DNA of 64,000 nt from Macrostomum hystrix (lineage: Eukaryota > Animalia > Platyhelminthes). Where the stretch lies: NCBI GenBank assembly GCA_950097015.1, contig CATNEN010000002.1, positions 4,526,001 to 4,590,000 of the forward strand, in the 5' to 3' direction. Under the pieces are notes generated by a model, which was given only the letters and a program-made list of their open reading frames with translations, ran no database searches and was not told the DNA's origin. Position 1 is the first letter of the stretch, and each line of letters begins with the position of its first letter. Both the position numbers and the translations under genes were made by a program. Below are positions 12,401-24,262 of this stretch, piece after piece.

Positions 12401-15400
12401 GTCAGGCGATTAGGGGGGCTCACGTAGGTTAGTCAGGCGATTAGGGGGGCTCACGTAGGTTAGTCAGCTGATTAGGGGGCTCATGCCGGTTAGACTTCCG
12501 TCACAGAGCTAGCTCGCAGCTTTACTTTATCATTCGCTTGAGCACAAAAACACAACGCCTTCGCAGTCTCAGCCGATGGTGGCGTCTGCTGTTTTTGTCG
12601 CACAAAGCGCGACGCAGCAAATGAGTCGGAAATACCTGACGAGCAGCGCCTAATGAACTACCTGCTGCACGGATACGAGCTGTCAGTCAGACCCGTGTTC
12701 AACTCCAGCCGAGCCGTCGTTACCCTGATGGGCATCACCTTGACTCAAATATTCGACATGGTAAGCTGTGAAGCACTGCGCGTAACCTAGATTTTTTTCT
12801 AAATAATTTAAAGCCAGTTTCTATTACTGCTTTGAAGCTATAATTATTTTAGCAGAAGAAATTTCTAGATTGTGAGTTAGAAATCTTTGAAAACTCAGTG
12901 GTTAGAGCGTAGGACACACTCTAAGGATTAAGGATAGGTTTGGCGTCCCCCAGTCCATGGACTGAACAGCCGTACCTGGCGTTTAGATGCGCCACGCTAT
13001 TGCTGCGTCGGCCGCACATTGCATATCTGGCCTAATTAATTAATTAATTAACTAATTAGACTGTTATGTTTCTACTGCAGGATGAAAAGAATCAGGTTCT
13101 AGTCAGCAATGTCTGGTTGGATCAGGTGAGTGTAACACAGTGCTGCTATATAGTGTACCTGTACACCTGTCACTTTCAATTTCATCCTGCGATTTCTAGC
13201 AATGGACTGACGAATTCCTGACCTGGGACCCGGCAGAGTTCTCCAATCAGGTGAAAATTCGTTTACCATCGTCTAAGATCTGGAAGCCGGACCTGGTGTT
13301 GTATAACAAGTGAGTCGGCTTCAGGTTTGATTTAATCCTCATCGACTTTATCGAGCAATTCATCGCCGTCTCTGACACCGTCAGCGCCGCAGACTTCGCA
13401 GACAGCATGATGCCGGCTCTGGCCATGATCCACCACAATGGCACCGTGTTCTGGCCGATACCCACCAAGCTGCGCTCATCATGCAAGGTCGACGTCACCT
13501 ACTTTCCGTTTGATCAACAGGTGTGCCACTTGAAGTTCGGCTCCTGGACCTACGACGGATATCAGGTTGGTACGGATATCAGGTTGGTACGGATATCAGG
13601 TTGGTACGGATATCAGGTTGGTACGGATATCAGGTTGGTACGGATATCAGGTTGGTACGGATATCAGGTTGGTACGGATATCAGGTTGGTACGGATATCA
13701 GGTTGGTACGGATATCAGGTTGGTACGGATATCAGGTTGGTACGGATATCAGGTTGGTACGGATATCAGGTTGGTACGGATATCAGGTTGGTACGGATAT
13801 CAGGTTGGTACGGATATCAGGTTGGTACGGATTAAAAATTTACAACTTTACAATTTATTGTAACTTATTTTGTAGCTTGTGGTATTTAAGACTTATGCTT
13901 TTTACTGAAAAAGTTTATTGTACTAATATCTGACGAACCTTCCATGCAATCCAGGAGCTTTAGAAGGCTTTTAGGAATCGAGCGATGAGAATTTTGCCGA
14001 GTATATTTTTATTCAAAGCACACTTTCTAAAATCCTCAATCATCAATCAACTCAAGAAATAAATCCATAGAGTGAGAAAGAATGGGAATTCCACTCCTCA
14101 CACTCAAGGCTCAAACTGGCGGGTCCTGAAAAGCCTGGTTACCACACAACTCGTTACTGGGCGGTTTCCTTTCCTTATCTCTGAGCTTGAAGCATTTCAG
14201 GGTCGGATTTCGCAGCTTCGCGGATAAACTCACGTTTTCTAATACTCCATGTGTGCTCGTGCTCAGCTACATATAATACAATAATAATAATAGCTGTAGG
14301 AGGGCTGCAGGCAATGGCACATTATTTGGTGACCTTTGTTACAAGGGTTGTAGCCTAGTGGTTAGGGCGTCGGACTAACGAATTGAAGGTCGGGGGTTCG
14401 ATTCCCGACTCCACTGAAACAATTTGTGTCCTTTAGCAAGACACTTAACTCTGCATTGCTTCAGTTCACCCAGCTGTTAAATGGGTACCAGCAGTAGCTG
14501 GGATAATTGAAGGTGGGTGTGGCGTCCCCCCAGTCCATGGACTGAACAGCTGTACGCAGCCTTCAGATGCGCCGCGCAATAGCTGCGGCTGTGCTGTCGG
14601 CTGCACATCTGGCCCGATTGGGGCAGGTGTAATCAATTATTATTAATTATTGGTGACACTGGACTCGCAGCCAGCGAGAAGGCAATTCAGCTCATTTCGC
14701 AAACTCCTGAGAACACACTCACACAGATGCTGTACGCAGGCACATGCTCACACAGGTGTGTACATCTGCCCTGACTTTCTCATCGTCAGGCAGTGTACAC
14801 TCTCACTGTGCCTTGGAGGTTGGCCCTCAACGGCGTCAATTGCATGACAAGCCCCCAAGCCTTCTCTCCGCGGCTGCGCCCCAAATAAAAGTGGCCTCGC
14901 CGCATAATCGAGCTCAGGGACCTTGGTGCGAGAGGCAAACGCGTTAGACCGCTGAAAGACAATGAAGTTTGTCTACGCTCGTATTTGTCCACCTATTATT
15001 TTATATTCAAAGTTATGATTGAGCCATATCATAAGTACATGAACTTATTGCGCTGTCTCGAGCCAGTTGAGATAATTTGGTTAAGTGCCTGATGTTTAAC
15101 CAGTTCATTCGGCTAGTGATGTACTCTCACAAGACCACCCAACTATTCAGGCATCTATTGTAGTCACATAAACTCTAGATTGAGAATTATGTCACGTTCT
15201 GATTTCTATTACTGCAGTGGGATATTTATGCAGAAACCCCGAAATGACAGTTTTGTGTTGGCCGCTAGGAATTTTATAATAGCACGCTGCCAACGCGATC
15301 GAGACGAGATAATTTCACTGTGGCGAGCAGACCCTGACCATTTTTTATTAGTCAGCAACCAGAACTGCAGCGCAACCTCTGGTCAGGGCCGGTGGCTGCG

Positions 15401-18382
15401 GAGGAAATATGACAAACTGCTGCTGTCACTGGCCAAATATATGGGTCTGGATCCACTTTTATGGTTCAAAGAAGAATAGAAAACTGCAGTAGGAGGCTGG
15501 GGATGGCTGGGCTCATCTCACAAGACTAGTTCCGTGCCGCGCCGATCAGTGGAGCGTTTTAGGCCCATCGAATATAGTTGCCATGCATACCGGATGAGCC
15601 GTATATGCGGCCCACGCTCTGGTTCTCGGCCCTGCCATCTCATGAATTAATCCGACCCTTAATCCTTAGAACGAGCCGCTTAAACTACCTAAAAGCGTGA
15701 TTTTCTAAGAAATCATAACTGCATGGTTTACATCCGTTACAGATTATGTGATGATACACAGGATTCGAGCACAGGACCGCCCGGAGTTTACCATGGGAGA
15801 AGAGGAGATAGGGTGGCGCCGGTGGGTGAACCTTAGGAACACTTGAACAATAGATAAGAAGCGTAAGGACACTCGTTACCTGAAAAACAGAATCGAAAAT
15901 TTTGCCGATTGGGCAAATGACTAAATCGATGGAAAAAAATAACGGGGATAAGCGGAGGGCTCAGATCCCACTGGATTATAGGTTATAATGGCAGATACAA
16001 AGCTATCAAATTGTAATGTACAAAACTTTATAACAGTCGGTAGAGCAACATGTCAGGCAAGTTATATCAAAAGAACAGCTTTCAATTGTATCTGCTTTCA
16101 ATCAAAAGCTGTTTTGATAGAAAGCCTTCAATTTTTTTTCTAAGTTTCCCGTCCTTCTACTCCAATGGTCCTTGGATGGGAGTTTGATTTCTAGCCCGTG
16201 TGAAATGATAAAATTTACTGATAGTCATTTCTAAGCTTAGGATTCGTCGCGGGTGGTTGTGCTGAAAAATTCGCGCACTAGCTGTAACGACAAAGGGGAG
16301 GGTGAGAGAACCAGAGAGAGAAAGTTGGGGCGGGTTGACCAATCACGCGCCGACACGGCCACACAAAACCGAGTTTGCGTCAGCCGCACAGGATTGGCGG
16401 AGATTGCCGCGACAGGGTGAGGTTAAGAGAAAATTAAGCATCAACCAATCAGGGAACGCCGGATTAGCGAGAACAAGCCAGGCCGGAGAAACGAATTGGG
16501 GGTCCAGAGGGCACAGTGCACTTTGAGCCACTGTACAGGAAACAGACGGTAAAGATGCACTTTCTGTTCGTACAGTACACTGACATGATTTTACATTTTT
16601 CTACTGACAAGTATGTCCTGAATTAATACCCTGAAGGCTTGCAATCAAAATTTTTGTTTTAGGTGGATCTTCACGAGCTGAAGAAGGACGTGGATGTCAG
16701 CAGCTATGTAGAGAATGGCGAATGGGAACTGTTGGGAACCAAGGTGAGGCAACTTGATATTATTCCTTAGAGTAGTGTTGAGGCGAATCGAATATTAATG
16801 GTCGTTCCTTTGGATAGCTATAGACCCCCTTTTGCGGCTAATAAATATTTTATATTTAATTGATATCTGATCAAGGAAACACGGATTATACTAGCGTAGA
16901 TTAAGGCCTAGCCTTGATATAGTAATATTAAGAACATTAATATTAATATTAACTTGCAGCAAGCTGGCTAGGGGGCAATGTCAGCACTGTTTAGCTCGTA
17001 GTGATACTCTACACATGAGGTCAGCGATGTGCCAATTTTGCCCATTTCGCTGACTCCTGAGCACGCGCACAAGCCATGAGATTGAGCATTGAGCAGTGGG
17101 TCTGAAATAAAATAGTCTAATTGTCATCTGGATAAACGCCTGGATAAATACCTAGACATGTGTACGCCAGAGCTGTGATGGAACACTTGTCTTAAGTTGA
17201 GGATCAGATTGCTTATAAGTTTAATAACCCCCCCCCTAAATAAATTGTTGGAGATTCACGGATTTATAGAAAGTACAATTAAAATTTCATTAAATTAACT
17301 TCGCAGTCGATCAGAAATGTGGTTAGCTATCCCTGCTGTCCAGAGCCATATCCTGACGTCACATTCTACCTGTTTCTACGAAGGTGAGAATACATTGAGC
17401 AAAGTTTGATACAGCCTTACAAAAACGTTGGCAATCAAGATGACAATATCCATTCTTTCTCCAACTCTTCAACCAGACGTCTACTGTACTACATGTACCA
17501 CGTGATCTACCCATGCATCATGATGTCGACCCTGACCCTGCTGGTGTTCTGCCTGCCCCCGGACTCGGGCGAAAAGATCGCCCTTGGCATAACAGTGCTG
17601 CTAGCGTTCTCTGTGCTCATGCTGTCCATTGCTGACCGCTTGCCGGAGACTTCAGAATCCGTGCCGCTCATCAGTGAGTGCGTCTTTGTCAGCTGCTGTT
17701 CGACAATATCCACTTAAATGTAGAATTTATTTAGAATTAACGGTTAACGAATTAACATCATTATTATTTTTTTCTGTATCCCCTAAAATGTTCAAACAAT
17801 CACCATGAAGGGGTCTTTGCCCAGGGGGGGTGAAGGCGTGGTCTTCCACTGTTAACCGTGTCATTCTCTCTTTCAGGCATCTACCTGACGGTGGTCATGT
17901 CAATGACGTCCGTATCTGTGATCATGACGGTTTTCGTGCTGAATCTGCATCATCGGGGCCCCAGCCGCAGCCCAGTGCCCGACTGGCTTCGACGTCTGCT
18001 ACTTCAACGAAGCGCCAGGGGCGCTAGCGGCGTCGAAGGCAGTGCCAGGAGCTGCGCGACTGCGGAAGCCGCTTCAGCAACAGCGGCCACTACTCTGGAC
18101 AGTGGCACCACAGGCGGTGGTGGCAGAGTCTCATGCGGCAACGGGCCCGGTTATGATAGGGCCTCCAGCTTCATCAAGAGTCTGGGCTTGAAGTTGACCA
18201 TCGACAGTCTCGCTGACGAGCTGCGAACGAGCCGACAGGCAACTGCCCAAGACGATGAAGGTGACGAGAACGATTTGGCAAGTCTGGACGTTGAGGCGTC
18301 GACGCTAGCACCGCTGCGCGTTCACAGCACATCGGGGACCACGAATCAGAGAGGGCGAAATTTCCCACTTAGACAACACAGT

Positions 18383-18423
<41 letters not shown>

Positions 18424-18781
18424 CCACCACCACCAGCAGCAGCAGCAGCAGCAGCAGCAAGTACTCCAGCATCCGATTCAGCATCAACGAGCCGAAGTGA
18501 ATCGAGACATTCTCGAAGCTCTGCGCAAGATCATCGACAAGCACGACGCTGACGATTCCGAAAGCCAGGTCATTGCTGAATGGCGCGCTGTAGCCCAGTT
18601 TGTGGACAAGTTGCTATTCTGGGTCTACCTGCTGTGCACCTCTGCCAGTACCATCATCATCTTGGTCATTGCGCCCGTGTACCGAATTATTCCGCACACG
18701 CAGATGGACCTGCACTCAATGGACATGCTGTCAAATTCTACTAGCGAAAGCTTCGCCAACGAATCAGTGTTTAAGAACTAG
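9428..18781 (+). CDS. Nicotinic acetylcholine receptor alpha subunit (Cys-loop ligand-gated cation channel), 627 aa, 9 exons
   Basis: Exons 9428-9521, 12567-12760, 13081-13125, 13200-13309, 13385-13565, 16663-16743, 17307-17383, 17477-17673 and 17877-18781, all phases consistent. Signal peptide; [10 protein letters not shown]; Cys-loop [15 protein letters not shown]; loop B WTYDG; loop C YPCCPEPY (vicinal cysteines mark an alpha subunit); pre-M2 GEK motif; M1-M4 present. Confidence 0.97.
9628..10054. repeat. 16-bp tandem repeat (AGTAGCTAAGGACATC) in nAChR intron 1
   Basis: About 26 almost perfect units. Confidence 0.97.
10565..11125. repeat. Related 16-bp tandem repeat variants (TAGCTAGGGATCTCCG, TAGCTAAGGACCTCAG, TATGRCYAAGGATCTC)
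   Basis: Same period and shared CTA(A/G)GGA core as the 9628 array. Confidence 0.92.
12070..12495. repeat. 31-bp tandem repeat (GGGGGGCTCACGTAGGTTAGTCAGGCGATTA)
   Basis: About 13-14 units ending about 70 bp before the exon 2 acceptor. Confidence 0.95.
12893..13058 (+). mobile_element. Internally deleted copy of the tRNA/CORE-like SINE
   Basis: Shares GGCGTCCCCCAGTCCATGGACTGAACAGC and an AT-rich tail with the 14345 copy. Confidence 0.7.
13555..13832 (+). repeat. 17-bp tandem repeat (ACGGATATCAGGTTGGT) x16 spanning the nAChR exon 5/intron 5 junction
   Basis: The first unit overlaps the last 11 nt of exon 5. CAG|GTTGGT recurs every 17 nt from 13565 to 13820. Confidence 0.97.
14345..14650 (+). 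mobile_element. tRNA-derived SINE with a CORE-like central domain
   Basis: Pol III A box TAGCCTAGTGG (14351-14361) and B box GGTTCGATTCC (14395-14405); TGTGTCCTTTAGCAAGACACTTAAC...AAATGGG resembles the MIR/CORE domain; AT-rich tail; at least 4 copies in the window. Confidence 0.88.
18383..18460 (+). repeat. Coding (CAG)13(CAC)4(CAG)8CAA polyQ/His tract in the nAChR M3-M4 loop
   Basis: Read directly in the last exon. Confidence 0.95.
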
Positions 18782-19296
18782 AAATTATTGCAGGTAGTGT
18801 ATACACTACTTACAGTAGTTGAACCACGGTTATAGCTAGTGCTTCTCGTGTAAACACATGGCATGAAAATTGACTGGGTTACTTTGTAGAGTAATTGCAG
18901 TTTTATTCAAACGGATGGCGCTCTTAATTATATACGAGTATATTACTAGAATACTAGTAAAATACTTTTTTGACGCAGTTTTGTATTACTTTTATTTTAC
19001 TAGTACACGGAAAGCTTTTTCTTAATTAACTGGTACAAATAATTAAATACATGAAGGCTATTTTTATGTCTGAAAATAGAAATTGGATTAAAAGCAAATC
19101 TCTTCATGCTAGTAAAACAATTAAAAAGCATCTCGATGCAGCAACTAAAAATTTTAATAACCACTCGATTTATGATACTGACGAAATACACCCTGTACAA
19201 TTGCAATTACAAATTTTAATTTCTGTTCGTTAAGTAAATTGATTGAATTGTTACTTTGCTATACCGGAATGGTTTGATGATTAAATTTTTCGGTTT

Positions 19297-21475
19297 TTAC
19301 CAAAAGGAAAGATTTGTCAAGAACCTGTTACAGCAAAGCCTTTGAAGCCTTTGGTTCCTTTGAAACGACTCCGACTCCAACACCGCCGCCGGCCGACGAT
19401 GCCTTCTTCGACGCCGACACAACCGCCAGCACCGTTCGAAGACGATGATGCCGGCTAGCATAATGGCAAGGACTGAAATCCAGAAATTAAGCTCTGACCT
19501 CCAGGCCACGCGGTCGATCTCAAGGAATTGCGATCCCGACCAAGCACAACTCCCGACATGTTGCTGATGGTATCTGATCAGATTGCAATTCCAAAAATAA
19601 AGTCTAGGCAGCCAGTCATCCCTTCCTTCCTTTGAACCTTAACTTTAAATACGCTTCAAAAAACCCATTTTCTTATTTTCGCTTTTCAAACCCTCCACCC
19701 TGGCTTTATTAATTTACATCTTATCGACCCAAGTCCCTTCACCTAACTTTATGTACATTCAAACGACAACTTTCTATTCTCTGGCCGATTATTGCCCCAC
19801 ATGTGTCACTCCACATCTCGCAAAAAATCTCACCCTTCTATGGTCATGTCAACTAATTATTCCTCCTCTTCTGTATTTCATTCAACTATTACCATTCTTT
19901 CTCCCCTCGCCATTCTCATTTTAATCGAAAATTTTACAAAAAACTACATAAAAATTTTTCCTCAACGTTTATGCATTCTCACCTGCTCCTCTATTTTGTC
20001 ATCTATTGAAAATTTTCTATTGAATGTGGCCATTTCACCCCATGCGTTTTAGTACAACTTCACCTATGCACCACTCCCCATTTTGCTTATTCGTTTAACG
20101 CAGGCTATACCAATGACAGCTTAACAACACGCTATATATATATATATATATAATTAACATACGAAAGTGCGAAGCATTCAACCTACCTTTTACCACTCGG
20201 ACTCCTGGTCTCACTAGCAAACCAATCCAGAACTCTAACAGCCTATAGATTCTATTATTAGACAACAGACATTAGTCTTGAACCACAGCACATCGGACAA
20301 ACCGGAGAAGTATTTCAACCTTGACTGCTTCTTACTTAGTATACCGATTGCTTACCACCATTGTCATTGCCTGAATACCATCAGTGATACGATTAGAAAT
20401 ATAACAACTAAGAGAATGTTAACACCGCTGGAAACTTGAGTTGAACATGCCGCTCATTGACTCAACATAGGATATACGTATTCAGGACAGAGAGTTAGAG
20501 AGCATCATAGAGAAGATAACATTAAAGTATATCAATTGGACTCTAGACCCACTCAGCCTTAAAAATTAAGCTAAGCTACCTTGTAGTGAGGGGTGGCCAT
20601 AGACTAAACAGTTTTTTCTACTGAGTCTCACATTGCTCGAAGAAATCGTCTTTCATTTATCGCATAAAAAATTGTAAAAAGCTCGGGCTAAGGAAAGCAC
20701 AATAGGACAAAGCTTAACAAAGACCTAGCAACACAGCTCACAAATATGAATTCAGCCACATCATCGTGCGAGTGCCAGCTTTGCCAGGAGGCTGTTCTCC
20801 GAGTTAGGCGAATGAGTACGGGCGGAAGGGCATCGAAATCTGCGTCCAGTCTGCCATCTGATCCCAGTTTCGGAGAGATCGAGCTTAAGCAGAACTCCAA
20901 ATTAATTAGCAGCTCTAATTCGCTTGGCATGTCTAAAAAAGCAGATAAGCAGACTCGCGTTTCAGTTTATCCCAGCCTGTGCGACGAAACGCAGATGGAG
21001 CAGCTGCCACGGCTGCACAATCAAGTGATGCGGAACGCTGATCTCAGAGACGCCATGATAAATGGCAACGCGGTCGCTGAGGACGCTGATAAAAAATGAC
21101 ACTGCATGGCATTTTGATTGCGTTGAAAAAAAGCTATCGAATTTTTGTTATATTTCCACTAACGAGCTCAACATTTCATTGAACTGATTTGCAGGAAAAT
21201 AAATGGATTTGTAAAAAACTTCGGACAATATTTTCACTGGCTTAAACACATCGCATGCTTATAGAAAAGCGTGATTAAAATATTTTTTAAAGATTCTCCT
21301 CTTTTTGTTTCAAAGCTTCATTTTAGCTGATAAAAGTGCACGACTACTGCCTTGAAAATGATGCATGCTTAGATGAATATGCATAGCGACATACTGATTG
21401 ATTAGCAGCTCTCAGCTTACAGTTGTAGATCGAAGTCCACGATTACAGAAAGCGTACGTGCAGGTTTCAACAGCC
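19297..21475 (-). CDS. Possible 3' exons of an unidentified single-pass membrane protein gene
   Basis: Exon 20932-20742 (TTTTTTAG acceptor, GTGAGC donor) joins in phase 0 to 19563-19297, which encodes a TM helix FWISVLAIMLAGIIVF followed by an Arg run. Further candidate exons start at 21085 and at 21475-21421 with weaker sites. Confidence 0.35.
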
Positions 21476-22989
21476 CTATTCGGTGGCACTTTTCCGAATT
21501 AATCGATCACGCGCTCTATCGTGTGGGAAATTCGAGTAACTTAGAAGCTATATAGCGATATGCTGGTTGAATTTTTTCTGATTTGTGTATGAGCATAATT
21601 TTTTATTTTAATTTATGACCAGTCAAATTCCTGGCGCCACCAATTGCTGATGCAGAGCTAATCAGAATCTCAATTCCGACCGGGAGGTCAGTTATTATTA
21701 TTATTTATTTTCTTTTCCCTCCGTACATGCCCTTTCGCCACTGTGCCTAAAATGCTTAATGCATTAAGCTAAGCTGCTGAAACAACAAAACGAGTAATAT
21801 AATTTCATCCAAGTGAGTTAACGATCCCAATCGGGTTTCTTAGAATTCAAATTGTCCAGTCTTCTTCGGCTAAATGAAAATCAATATAGTTAACTTAATG
21901 TTAGCACGTGCCACCAGATCAAATTGTTGAGCAGAGCGATACTTTGCTGTTGATTTGATTAATTATCTGTCTTGCTGCTAATTAACTACTTTAATAAACG
22001 AATTATTATTATGCTATGAAAATTTATTAAATTTTATTAATTAAATTATTTGCTTCGGCGTTTTTTATGCAACAAGAGTCGAAGGACAGGGTTTATCTAG
22101 ATCACAAGGCTTAATTCTTCTGCCTTGCCCATACATTATAAGTATCAGAGTATTGCCCATGGACCTTAGACCATAATACTATTTCTAAGTAGGCCTATCA
22201 CACCATTATATTACTATCATGCAATTACTTCTTTTGAATTCCATAAATACTCTGATACATTTAATTTGATATTTTCGGAGTATGAAAATGATTGACATAA
22301 ACCTGCATAGGCCTACAATTTTTTCATAATTTATTATTGTTATCTATATATATAAAAGTGAAAACTCTGTCTGTCTGTCTGTCTGTCTGTGTGCAACCTT
22401 TTGTCTTTATAGACGCCGAAACCGCTCAACCAAATCGCACCAAACTTTGCACATACCTAAAACCACCTACGCTGAGTGCAATAGGCTACTCAAATTCCCG
22501 AAAAATCATTTCCTTCCTGCTCAAAAGTGCAAAAAACTGCTCAAAAATTGTCAAAAAATCACTCAATTCAACATATCGTCGCCCCACTTTGTCAGATTTT
22601 CTCCAAATTTGATCCACTTACACTTTACATGTTTTCCAACAATGCTGTCAATTTTGAACATCTCTACTCAATCCAGAGCAAAGCTGCATCATCTCAAAGT
22701 GAGTCACTTTTTGTTTTCCGAGGACAGCCACCCCAACTCCCCTCCGCCACTCTGCGGGCCAAATTTTATTACAGCCACCCCCTCCCTTCCCCGGGCGCCG
22801 AAGCCCCAGACTGTACATTGTATTTCAAGCCGTGAATGTACACAGCCCAAACCCCTAGACTGTCTACTGGCCCCCAAGCAGCACTGAGACTGAGTGCGGT
22901 GAGTGCGGTGGCGTCCCAGTGCGCAGGGCTCTCCGGTCGATATTTCTCTCCAGCCAGCCTGGGATAGAAGAAAGAGAGAGGCTGGCGTT

Positions 22990-23600
22990 GACTGGCTGTC
23001 AGAGAGGGCAATTCTGTGTCCTAGAAATGCCGCCAACGAAATTAACTACCAACTGCTTCAGGAGTTGCCAGGTGCAGTTTTCACCTACAAGTCAATTGAT
23101 ACAACGTTGACTGATGACACCGCTGTGGAGTATCCTGTTGAGTTTCTGAACTCTCTAGATCCTCCTGGAACTCCATCGCACAACTTGCAGCTGAAAGTTG
23201 GGGCACCAATTATGCTCCTCCGCAACCTGAATGCGCCAAGGCTGTGTAACGGCACCAGACTGATAGTCAGGCGGCTCTTCCCACACGTGATTGAGGCCAC
23301 GATAATGACTGGATCTGGCAGAGGAGAGTCTGTGTTCGTTCCCGGATTCCAATTATCCCCACGGACCTGCCATTTCAGTTCAAGCGACTGCAGTTCCCTG
23401 TGAGAGTGTGCTTTGCGATGACTATTAACAAGGCTCAGGGACAGTCGCTGAAGGTGGCTGGCATCAACCTGGAGACTCCTTGCTTCTCGCATGGGCAGCT
23501 TTATGTCGCCTGCTCCCGTGTTGGAACTCCAGCTGGCCTATTCATTTTCGCACCAAGGGGAAGAACGAAGAATGTGGTGTATCCCCAGGCCTTGAGGTGA
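22990..23600 (+). pseudogene. Helitron RepHel C-terminal PIF1-like helicase fragment with one frameshift near 23340
   Basis: WLSERAILCPRN, EFLNSLDPPGTPSHNLQLKVGAPIMLLRNL, CNGTRL, FAMTINKAQGQSL and FSHGQLYVACSRV are PIF1 family motifs. Confidence 0.93.
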
Positions 23601-23752
23601 CTCGCAAGCAATTAATAGAAAAGTAGTCACGAATTGACCTTGACCTGTCTAACTCTGAACTCTGAAACAGTTTAATTTTGTTTCTTTGACATTGTTATTG
23701 TTATGCCATGGCTATTTTCCTTATGTATACGCGTGTACATGCATACTGTATA

Positions 23753-24025
23753 CAGAGGCAGATTTAGGGGGGGGGCGGGGGGCAGTCGCCCCCCTAAATT
23801 TTAATCATGGGAATAAGATGCCCCCACCAGGGGCGCCAGTCGCAGCACTGGCGCCCCTTTTCGGCCGCTGGCGCCCCTTTTTCAGCCGCTGGCTCCCGTT
23901 TTTCAGCCGCTGGCGCCCTTTCTTGGCTCCTGGCGCCCTTTTTCGGCCGCTGGCACCCCCTCTGTGATTCTCATGGCGCTCCCCTGACAGACCGCCCCAA
24001 AACAAAATTCCTGGATCTGCCACTG
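23753..24025. mobile_element. hAT-type MITE (273 bp) nested in the Helitron
   Basis: TIRs CAGAGGCAGATTTAGG / CCTGGATCTGCCACTG; perfect 8-bp TSD ACTGTATA at 23745-23752 and 24026-24033; internal GGCGCCCC repeats. Confidence 0.9.
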
Positions 24026-24262
24026 ACTGTATAGAGGAGTGGCTAAAAGACATGTTTCTAAAGAAGTAATCAAGAGGGGGCTGTTTGGACAAACTTTTCA
24101 CTTATTTTTTACTTAAAACGCCCTTGAACAAACTCTTCACTTTTCATTAATGCAGTAAATAAATAAATGGTGACCTTCACTATAAAGTTAATACAGAGAC
24201 GTGAATTGCTTACTGCTTTGCTTTAAATTTCTGCCCCAAAAACAACGGGCAAAAAAAGCTAG

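Larger units (their letters stand above)
22343..24262 (+). mobile_element. Non-autonomous Helitron
   Basis: 5' A|TCTATATATATAAAA followed by (TCTG)n; 3' hairpin TGCCC...GGGCA then CTAG|T; internal PIF1 helicase fragment. Confidence 0.88.

Noticed and set aside
13407-13933. ORFs with [16 protein letters not shown] repeats as separate genes
   Set aside because: Read-through of nAChR exon 5 into the 17-bp array; treated as a splicing question instead.
14345-14415. A true tRNA gene
   Set aside because: A and B boxes and D/T arms are present, but the acceptor stem does not pair, there is no poly-T terminator, and it continues into a SINE body.
20746-21099. Plus-strand 117-aa ORF as a gene
   Set aside because: No recognisable motifs; splice signals favour the opposite strand, though neither reading is proven.
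22930-22957. Short resemblance to the 1160 and 8800 duplicated segment
   Set aside because: Only about 25 bp with several mismatches and gaps; compatible with chance.
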